Of a stretch of 64,000 nt of DNA, positions 57,208 to 64,000 are shown one piece after another. This DNA comes from Candidatus Fervidifonticultor secundus (GTDB taxonomy: Bacteria > Sysuimicrobiota > Sysuimicrobiia > Sysuimicrobiales > Humicultoraceae), in the NCBI GenBank assembly GCA_031459385.1, contig JAVKIP010000006.1:1-64000 (forward strand), in the 5' to 3' direction. The position numbers and the translations under genes are program-made. Position 1 is the first letter of the stretch, and every line of letters starts with the position of its first letter. The notes beneath the pieces were generated by a model that made no database searches, was not told the DNA's origin, and was given only the letters and a program-made list of their open reading frames with translations.

Positions 57208-58137
57208 TCACGGCGCGCTCAGCTCCTTGGCCAAGATCCGCGTGATCCCCAGCCACTGGCTCAGACCCACCGTGCGGGGTGCGCGGCCGCCCAGCCCGCG
57301 GGCCCACACCGTGCGCACGCCCAGCTCCCGCGCGGCCTCCCGGTCTACGCCGCCCGGGGGGCCGCTCAGATCGATCAGCACCGGCTCAGGCCCCAGGCGC
57401 GCCAGGACCTCGCGCGTGAACAGGAGGGCCGGTGCGGTGTTGAAGATCACGCACATGCCCGGAGCCCGGTCGGCCAGGGCGTCCAGCGCGATCACCTCGC
57501 ACCCCATCGCCCAGGCCCGCGCCAGCTGCACGGGGTTGCGGGCGGCCACCGTCACGTGGGCCCCGAGCCCCCGCAGCGTGGCGGCCAGCACGGCCCCGAT
57601 CCGGCCAAACCCCACCACCATGCAGGGGTGGCGGTGCAGCGTGACGTCCGTGTGCTCGACGGCAACCCGAATGGCGCCCTCGGCGATGGCCGGCGCGCGG
57701 AAGAGCATCAGGTCTTCCTCCGCCTCGTACTCCCGCAGGCGCAGACCCAGCGCTGCGGCCGCCTCCGCCATCTGGCGGCTGGCGCGGCCCGTGATGAGGA
57801 TACCGCCGGGGCGCACGTCCCGTAGGCTCTCGGTGTCCACCACCAGCGCGCTCGGGGCGTGCGGGGCGAAGAGGCTGCCGTCCGGTCCGGGCAACGGTAC
57901 CGGGCAGATCACGATGTGGGCGCCGCGCACCGCCTCAGCCACGGTGGCGCTCGCCGTGCCCGTCGGGTCCAGGGTCGGCGGCAGCCCGCACGTACGCACG
58001 CTGGCACCACACCGGGCGGCCTGGCGAGCGATCTCCACCTCGCGGCCGTCGCCACCCAGCACCGCCACCACGTATCCGCGCAGGTCCAGCGCGGGGACGG
58101 CACCTGCCACCGCCGGCGTGTTCGTCGCGGCGCTCAC
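57208..58137 (-). CDS. Dipicolinate synthase subunit A (DpaA/SpoVFA)-like NAD-binding protein
   Basis: VAVLGGDGRE, AIAEGAI..A, VVGFGRIG, VAAR, IFNTAP, IDLSGPPGGVD, GL.GR.AP; GTGA overlap start at 58137. Confidence 0.8.
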   Translation of the reverse strand: MSAATNTPAVAGAVPALDLRGYVVAVLGGDGREVEIARQAARCGASVRTCGLPPTLDPTGTASATVAEAVRGAHIVICPVPLPGPDGSLFAPHAPSALVVDTESLRDVRPGGILITGRASRQMAEAAAALGLRLREYEAEEDLMLFRAPAIAEGAIRVAVEHTDVTLHRHPCMVVGFGRIGAVLAATLRGLGAHVTVAARNPVQLARAWAMGCEVIALDALADRAPGMCVIFNTAPALLFTREVLARLGPEPVLIDLSGPPGGVDREAARELGVRTVWARGLGGRAPRTVGLSQWLGITRILAKELSAP

Positions 58138-59258
58138 GGTCGGGAGGTCACCTCCATGGTCCACAGCTGCCGTGTGTCGTACCGGTCCGTCAGCACCTCA
58201 CATCCGTCTGCGGTGAGTACCACCGCGTCCTCCAGCTGCATCCCCAGCGTAGGAAACGTCACCAGGGGCTCGATGGCCAGGACCATGCTTTCCTGGAGCA
58301 TGATGTCCGCATAGCGGTTGAGGTAGGGCTCTTCGTGCAGCGTCAGCCCCAGCCCGTGCCCCAGGAAGTGGAAGGTGGGCAGCCCCCACGCTTCCATGCG
58401 CTCCACGTAGGCCCGGTAGACCGCCCGGCTGCTGGCGCCGGGCCGGAGCATCCCCAGGGCCCGCGACCGGCAGTCCACCAGCTTCTGCCACAGCGCCCGC
58501 TGCTCGTCGGTCGGCTCGCCCACCACGGCGGTGCGAGCCACGTCGCAGACGTAGTGCGCCACGGTGCCGATGACGTCGATGCGGACGACCTCTCCGAGCC
58601 GGATCTCCCGGGCCGTGGGCGGCCCGTTGAGCATCGGCGTGCGCTCGCCGGCGGTGACGCTCAGCATGGTGAGGACATCCCCCCCGGCGGCGCTGAACGC
58701 GTCGGCGATCCGCCGTCCGATGTCGGCCTCCGTCATGCCGGGCCACCACGTCCGCAGGGCCTCGTGCGCCACCTGCTCGGCGATCTGCGCCGCCCGGCGC
58801 AGCCGGGCGACCTCGGTCGGCGTCTTGACCATACGCAGGGCCGCCAGGTCCTCGTCGATGGGCACAAGCCGGTCGCCCCCGTCCAGGGCTCGTTCGAGGA
58901 GAAGGTAGTCAGCGTGGTTGAGGTAGCCCGCCTCGACCCCCACCCGCCCCTGCAGGCTTCGGGCACGCATCGCCTCGGCCAGCAGGAGCACCGGTTTCTG
59001 GGTGAACTCGTTGTACGGGGTGATGCGGGACACGTCCGCATGCGCGCGCGCGTGCCCTTCCTCGACGTCCACCACGAACAGCTCGGGCTCACCCTCGCGC
59101 GGCACGAGGACGATGGCGTGCCGGTGTCGGACGATCCGCTGGGACGGGATCACCGCGCCCGTGGTCCAGCACACGTGCTCCGGCGCCATGAGGATCATCG
59201 CCTCCAGCCCCCGGCGGTCCATCGCCTGGCGGAGACGTTCGCGGATCTCCTCGGGCAT
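58134..59258 (-). CDS. M24 family (Xaa-Pro peptidase/creatinase-like) hydrolase
   Basis: LRMVKT..E, RID, Y.CDVART, GHGLGL..HEEP, IEP, QLED. Confidence 0.9.
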   Translation of the reverse strand: MPEEIRERLRQAMDRRGLEAMILMAPEHVCWTTGAVIPSQRIVRHRHAIVLVPREGEPELFVVDVEEGHARAHADVSRITPYNEFTQKPVLLLAEAMRARSLQGRVGVEAGYLNHADYLLLERALDGGDRLVPIDEDLAALRMVKTPTEVARLRRAAQIAEQVAHEALRTWWPGMTEADIGRRIADAFSAAGGDVLTMLSVTAGERTPMLNGPPTAREIRLGEVVRIDVIGTVAHYVCDVARTAVVGEPTDEQRALWQKLVDCRSRALGMLRPGASSRAVYRAYVERMEAWGLPTFHFLGHGLGLTLHEEPYLNRYADIMLQESMVLAIEPLVTFPTLGMQLEDAVVLTADGCEVLTDRYDTRQLWTMEVTSRP

Positions 59259-59280
59259 CGTCCATCCTCCGGGTCGGCGG

Positions 59281-60714
59281 TCAGTCGTAGGTGGTGCTGA
59301 CGGTGGGGGTGACGCCCGGCCGGATGCCGGCCCGCTCGATGACCCGGCGGGCGTGCTCCCGGGCCAGGGCGTAGACCTCCTGCTCGTCGACGGTCAGCAC
59401 CTGCCGGTCGCGCAGCACCACCTGACCGTCGACCAGGACGGTGTGGATGGAGCAGACGCCAGCGGAGTACACCAGGGTCTGGACCGGGTCCCCGTACGGA
59501 ACCCAGTCGTAGTGGTCCAGGTCGAAGAGCACCAGGTCGGCCTTCTTCCCCACCTCGATGGAACCGATCTCGTCGTCCCACAGAAGCGCCCGGGCGCCGT
59601 CGATGGTGGCCATGCGCAGCGCCCGGTGCGCCCCCACGAGCGAGGCATCCATTCTGGCGTCCTTGAACAGGCCTGCTGCCAGGTACATCTGCCGCAGCAT
59701 GTCCAGCGAACCCGCCGCGGACGGGCCGTCGCACCCCAGGGCCACGGTGATGCCCGCCTGCAGCATCTCAGGGTACTGGCCGATGCGGGTGGCGCCCTTG
59801 GCCAGCTTGAGGGACGTCCCGGGACAGAAGGCTACTTTGGTGTCCGTCTCGGCCAGGTACGCGAGCTCCTCGTCGCGCACGGCCACCACGTGGGCCAGCA
59901 CCAAGTTGGGCGCCAGGGCTCCCCACTCCCGCAGGAGCGTCACGGGCCACTTGCCCGTCTTCCGCTCGCTCACCCGGGCTTCCTCGATGGAGGACGCGAT
60001 GTGGTAGGTGGTACCGACGCCCAGCCGGCGGGCCAGGGCGGGGGCCCCGGCGTGGAGTTCGGGCGAGCAGGGTTCCTTGCCTTCGATGTTCACCCACACG
60101 CGGATGCGGCCGCCGGCCGCGTTATGGTACTGCCGGACGCAACGCTCCAGTTCCTCGAGGGCGGCGGTCGCCGACGGGAAGAAGTGGCGCTGGACCATCT
60201 CCCGGGTCCAGTGGGGCGGCAGCGTCTCGGGCAGGCGGTCGGCGGCGTGGCGGCCGGTGACCGCGCGGATCCCCACGCGCTCCAGCGCCCGGACCACCGC
60301 GCCCAGGTCCGACTGCGCCCCCATGTCCAGACAGCACGTGGTCCCGGTCCTGAGCATCTCCACGCCCGCCAGCAGAGTGGCCACGTACTCGTCTTCCGGA
60401 CGCATCGCCGCGTAGACCGGTTTGGCCCAGTGGAAGACCCACGGGCGCGTCGACAGGGTGTCGGGGAACACCCCGCGGGCCAGCTGCTCGGAGAGGTGCA
60501 CGTGCGCGTCTACGAGCCCGGGCATGACCAAGCGGCCGCGGCCGGAGATGACGTCGTCGAAGACCGTGTCCTGATAGCGGCGGCGAATCGCGTCCGCGGG
60601 CCCGATGGCCGCGATCCGTGTGTCCTCGACAACAATCGACTGTTCGGTGAGCACGCGGTCATCCGGGTCCACCGTCAAAACCACATCGGCACCGTCGATC
60701 AGCAGGCGTCCCAT
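59281..60714 (-). CDS. Amidohydrolase (SsnA/AtzA/MTA deaminase-like)
   Basis: PGLVDAHVH, GTT, LAHVV, LGCDG, MATIDGARAL, GSIEVGKKADL. Confidence 0.88.
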   Translation of the reverse strand: MGRLLIDGADVVLTVDPDDRVLTEQSIVVEDTRIAAIGPADAIRRRYQDTVFDDVISGRGRLVMPGLVDAHVHLSEQLARGVFPDTLSTRPWVFHWAKPVYAAMRPEDEYVATLLAGVEMLRTGTTCCLDMGAQSDLGAVVRALERVGIRAVTGRHAADRLPETLPPHWTREMVQRHFFPSATAALEELERCVRQYHNAAGGRIRVWVNIEGKEPCSPELHAGAPALARRLGVGTTYHIASSIEEARVSERKTGKWPVTLLREWGALAPNLVLAHVVAVRDEELAYLAETDTKVAFCPGTSLKLAKGATRIGQYPEMLQAGITVALGCDGPSAAGSLDMLRQMYLAAGLFKDARMDASLVGAHRALRMATIDGARALLWDDEIGSIEVGKKADLVLFDLDHYDWVPYGDPVQTLVYSAGVCSIHTVLVDGQVVLRDRQVLTVDEQEVYALAREHARRVIERAGIRPGVTPTVSTTYD

Positions 60715-60718
60715 GGCG

Positions 60719-61117
60719 TCAGCGGTCGTGGAGTTCGATGCGGGTGCCGTCGGGATCGCGCACGTAGATGGAGGTTCCGTACCGCGGGGTGATCACGGGC
60801 CCCTCGTAGGGCAGGCCGGCCGCCTCCAGCCGCGCCCGCACCGCCGCCAGGTCGGCCACGCGGAACGCAACGTGGTCCACGGCCGGCACCCCGGGGCCAC
60901 GGCCGGCGGGCAGCACCGTCAGGCCCAGACCCTCCGCCAACGCCACCAGCGGCCGCCCGTCGCGCAAGGTCGCCCGCTCGCGCACCGTGAACCCCAGCAG
61001 GCTCACGAAGAACTCCTCGGCGGCAGCCAGGTCCCGCACCTGCAGAAGGAGGTGCGTGAGGCCCGCGGGCTGCTCCCCGCCGGGGGGCCGCGCCCCGCCA
61101 CGGCCGCTATCCGCCAT
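60719..61117 (-). CDS. VOC/glyoxalase family protein
   Basis: HLLLQVRDL..A..FF..LLGF, DHVAF.V.DL, YVRDPDG..IEL. Confidence 0.88.
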   Translation of the reverse strand: MADSGRGGARPPGGEQPAGLTHLLLQVRDLAAAEEFFVSLLGFTVRERATLRDGRPLVALAEGLGLTVLPAGRGPGVPAVDHVAFRVADLAAVRARLEAAGLPYEGPVITPRYGTSIYVRDPDGTRIELHDR

Positions 61118-61301
61118 GCCGGTCCGACCCCAGCACCCCGGCGCGCGCCCAGTTCTCCCGGGGCACCTCGTGAATGATCACGTGCAGGTGCTCTGGAGAG
61201 GCGCCGGCGTGGACCACCATGGCCTCCGTGATGGCCCGCACCAGCGCCCGCCTTTGGTCCAGCGTCCGCCCTTCCCACATCTCCACAACCACCACAGGCA
61301 C
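61107..61301 (-). CDS. 4-oxalocrotonate tautomerase family protein
   Basis: (M)PVVVVEMWEGRT.DQRR.L...IT, HVIIHEVPRENW.RAG; GTG at 61301 is correctly spaced from AGGAGG and gives Pro-1. Confidence 0.9.
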   Translation of the reverse strand: MPVVVVEMWEGRTLDQRRALVRAITEAMVVHAGASPEHLHVIIHEVPRENWARAGVLGSDRHGG

Positions 61302-61351
61302 CGGCATCCTCCTTTCCCGGGTCGCGCCCGGTCAGCGCGCAGCGCCCGCCG

Positions 61352-62113
61352 TTACTTCCAGCGGATTAGTAGTCGGTCGACCAGCTGCACCGCGTACGAG
61401 GCCAGTAGCGCCATCGTCATGATGGTAGCGATCACGGCGTACAGGTGCGTGATCAGGAAGACGTTCGCATAGCGCACGAGGAACTCTCCCAGCCCGACCA
61501 GCGCCAGCAACATCTCGCCGACCACAAGCCCCTTGACGCCGTTCACGATGCCCAGCTGGAGTCCCACCATGATCGCTGGCAGCGCCGCCGGCACGTAGAC
61601 GCGCAGGAACAGCTGTAGTTCCCCGGCCCCGTAGCTCCGCGCCATCTCCACCAGCCGGCGATCGGTCCCCTCGAACCCGGTTCGAGTATTGACGACGATG
61701 ACGAAGAACGCAAACAGAAACACCGTGACGACTACGACCACGTCGCTGATGCCGAACAGGGTGATCAGCACCGGCACGAACGCCACCAGCGGCGCCGACA
61801 TCATAACGTTGAAGAACGGGTCGAAGACCAGGCCCAACAGGCGGAAGCGGCCGAGCACCAGCCCGCTCACGATCCCCCCGGCGGTGGCCGCCCCGAACCC
61901 GATGCCGAAGGCGACGAGGCTCTTCAGGACCGCCGCGAGGAGCGGCCCGGCCTGTAGGAGTTGCCACCACACCCGGGCGACCGCCGAAAACGTCGGCAGG
62001 AACAGGGACAGATCCAGCCGGCCGACGGCTTCCACCGCCATCACGAACGCGACGAGGGCCCCGAGCGTCGGGAGCCCGTCCGCCATGCCTTCACGCCGGG
62101 TCGCGCGGTTCAC
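61352..62113 (-). CDS. NitT/TauT ABC transporter permease
   Basis: EMARSYGA, P.ALP.I..GL.LG, VVGEM; GTGA overlap with the ATPase stop. Confidence 0.88.
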   Translation of the reverse strand: MNRATRREGMADGLPTLGALVAFVMAVEAVGRLDLSLFLPTFSAVARVWWQLLQAGPLLAAVLKSLVAFGIGFGAATAGGIVSGLVLGRFRLLGLVFDPFFNVMMSAPLVAFVPVLITLFGISDVVVVVTVFLFAFFVIVVNTRTGFEGTDRRLVEMARSYGAGELQLFLRVYVPAALPAIMVGLQLGIVNGVKGLVVGEMLLALVGLGEFLVRYANVFLITHLYAVIATIMTMALLASYAVQLVDRLLIRWK

Positions 62114-62901
62114 TGCATATCCTTCAGAATGCCCCACAGGTCTTCCACCAGCCTGCCGAATGCGGGACTCGCGCGGGTCGTCTGGGACGAGCGCGGACGC
62201 GGCAGGTCCACCTCGATGATCCGAAAGAGCCGGCCGGGCCGCGGGCTCAGCACGAAGACCCGGTCGGCGAGGTAGATGGCCTCGTCCATGCTGTGCGTGA
62301 CCAGGAGCACGGTCTTGCGCTCGTCCGCCCACAGGGCGAGCAGGTCGTCCTGCAGGAGGCGGCGCGTCTGCTCGTCCACCGACGCGAAGGGCTCGTCCAT
62401 GAGCAGGATCTGCGGATTGACGGCCAGCGCCCGTGCCAGCCCCACCCGCTGCTGCATCCCGCCCGACAGCTGGTGCGGGTAGTGGTGCTCGAAGCCCGCC
62501 AGCCCCACCTTGGCGATGACGCGCTGCGCGATCGCGTGCCGTACCGGACGGCGGACGCCCCGTACCTCCAGTCCGAACGTCACGTTGCGCAGCACGTTCG
62601 CCCACGGCAGCAAGGCGAAATCCTGGAACACCATGGCCCGGTCCGGTCCAGGCCCGGTCACGGGGGCTCCACCGATCTCCACCCTGCCCGCATCGGGCCC
62701 GATGAGCCCGGCGACGATCTTCAACAGAGTGGTTTTGCCGCATCCGCTGGGACCGATGATAGCCACGAACTCCCCGGCTTCCACGGACAGCGTGACGTTG
62801 TCCAGGACCCGAACGCGGCCGAACGCCTTGGAGACCCCCCGAATCTCGATCCCCAGGGGATGCGCCGCGCTCCGTCGGACCTCGGTGACCGGACTGGCCA
62901 T
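62110..62901 (-). CDS. NitT/TauT ABC transporter ATP-binding protein
   Basis: GPSGCGKT, LSGGMQQR, LLMDEPF, VTH. Confidence 0.93.
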   Translation of the reverse strand: MASPVTEVRRSAAHPLGIEIRGVSKAFGRVRVLDNVTLSVEAGEFVAIIGPSGCGKTTLLKIVAGLIGPDAGRVEIGGAPVTGPGPDRAMVFQDFALLPWANVLRNVTFGLEVRGVRRPVRHAIAQRVIAKVGLAGFEHHYPHQLSGGMQQRVGLARALAVNPQILLMDEPFASVDEQTRRLLQDDLLALWADERKTVLLVTHSMDEAIYLADRVFVLSPRPGRLFRIIEVDLPRPRSSQTTRASPAFGRLVEDLWGILKDMQ

Positions 62902-62909
62902 GCTCGCGC

Positions 62910-63662
62910 CTACCCCCGCCAGTGCAACAACCGCGTCTCCACCTGCTGCAGTCCGGTGAGGAGGAGCAGCGCCGCCAGGATGACGCTCAGCACCGCGGCA
63001 AACATCCGGTCGAACGCGAACACGCTGCGGGCGTCCACGATGAGCCGCCCGACCCCGAACGGCGCCAGCAGCAGCTCGGCAATGACCAGCCCGATGAATG
63101 CCCGCGACAGGCCGTACCGCATGCCGGCCAGCACCATGGGCAACGCGCTGGGAAACACCACCATGCGCAGGATCTGCAGCCAACGCGCGTTGAAGGCCCG
63201 TGCCATCTCGTACAGCCGGCCGTGGACATCACGCACACCGCCGTAGGCGTTGGTGGCGACGAAGGGCATGCTGAAGATGAACACGATCAGCGCCGACGAC
63301 GTGATGCGCACCCCCATGGTGAGGATGACGAGCGGCACCAGCGCTGCCATGGGCATCGTGATGAGCAGGTCGAGGTACACGCGCGCGATGCGGCCCAGCG
63401 GCCGCACGAGCCCCATGAGCAGGCCAAATGGGACGCCGAACAGCACGGCGGCCCCGTAGCCAAGGAGGAACGACTGGGCGCTGATCCCAAACGCCCGGTG
63501 GAGGGCGCCCGATCCCAGCAGGTCGGCGAACGCCTGCATGGTGGCGGTGGCGGTGGGAAACGCGAAGTTGACGGGCGCCCGCCCTGCCCATTCCCACGCC
63601 CCCAGCACCCCGAGGACGACCGCTCCCCGCAGACCCCACACTAGCGCCCGTGGCTCCCTCAC
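62910..63662 (-). CDS. NitT/TauT ABC transporter permease
   Basis: EMARAF.A, PSALP..LAG.R, VIAELL. Confidence 0.88.
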   Translation of the reverse strand: MREPRALVWGLRGAVVLGVLGAWEWAGRAPVNFAFPTATATMQAFADLLGSGALHRAFGISAQSFLLGYGAAVLFGVPFGLLMGLVRPLGRIARVYLDLLITMPMAALVPLVILTMGVRITSSALIVFIFSMPFVATNAYGGVRDVHGRLYEMARAFNARWLQILRMVVFPSALPMVLAGMRYGLSRAFIGLVIAELLLAPFGVGRLIVDARSVFAFDRMFAAVLSVILAALLLLTGLQQVETRLLHWRG

Positions 63663-63685
63663 GCCGTCACGCTGCCTCCCGCAGA

Positions 63686-64000
63686 CTACCGCCGCCCGAG
63701 CTGCTGCAGCACCGCCTCGAGCGGTTCGGGTGAGAAGAACGTCCCGGGCTTCCACTTCATGACCGGACCCGAGATGTTCCGTGCGTCGACCTGGAACTGG
63801 AGGTTGTCGATCGCCCCCCGCCCGCGCAGCCGGTCGATGCCGCCGTTGGGGTCGAACACCCGGATCACCTCGCGGATCTGGGTCTCCAGCTCCGCCGGGG
63901 ACATCTCCTTGAAGAAGTCACCGCGCTCGCGCACCCAGTAGGTGGGGTCGGCGAGACCTCGCCGATACGACTCCAGGATGCGCTGAATGACGAGGCGGAC
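63686..64000 (-). CDS. Partial (3' end) probable ABC substrate-binding protein, continues beyond the window
   Basis: Open frame directly upstream of the NitT/TauT permeases; sequence too short for a motif call. Confidence 0.5.
   Translation of the reverse strand, partial: VRLVIQRILESYRRGLADPTYWVRERGDFFKEMSPAELETQIREVIRVFDPNGGIDRLRGRGAIDNLQFQVDARNISGPVMKWKPGTFFSPEPLEAVLQQLGRR

Noticed and set aside
57208..58137. Evidence for endospore formation
   Set aside because: No dpaB or spo genes in the window; context is catabolic

Overview
A GC-rich bacterial window (composition judged by eye, not computed; the gene style is compatible with an Armatimonadota/CSP1-3-like heterotroph, which is inference only). 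No rRNA, tRNA, CRISPR array or intact mobile element was recognised. 1-4.9 kb: decaying accessory segment with two HEPN-MNT pairs in opposite gene order, a HEAT/SEC-C protein, an internally deleted type IIG-like restriction-modification remnant, a frameshifted WecB/TagA remnant, and a ~345-bp collapsed copy of the following 10-kb unit. 4.9-17.1 kb: NMT1/THI5-type binding protein, a 2586-aa Ig-repeat/S8 protease/Calx-beta surface protein head-to-head with a PilX-like gene (both look 5'-truncated), an internally deleted agmatinase, and an unusual fusion of a degenerate IS256 transposase core to a TM helix and a RodZ C-terminal (DUF4115) domain. 17-38 kb: peptide ABC/M20/SDR operon, lutABC, an internally deleted class V aminotransferase, glgA, glycerate kinase, glpK, solA and a SelA-like enzyme. 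38-48 kb: TPR-HTH-TPR regulator divergent from an HD-GYP gene, an S45 acylase, and a sugar/nucleoside ABC operon in which a 14-bp tandem array forms a chain of GTGA-coupled mini-ORFs. 48.6-64 kb: uncharacterised catabolic cluster (TTT transporter, aspartate dehydrogenase, opine dehydrogenase, enolase-superfamily enzyme, two amidohydrolases, isochorismatase, orphan DpaA-like protein, M24 enzyme, VOC, 4-OT, NitT/TauT ABC). All family calls come from motif recognition by eye; no database searches were run.
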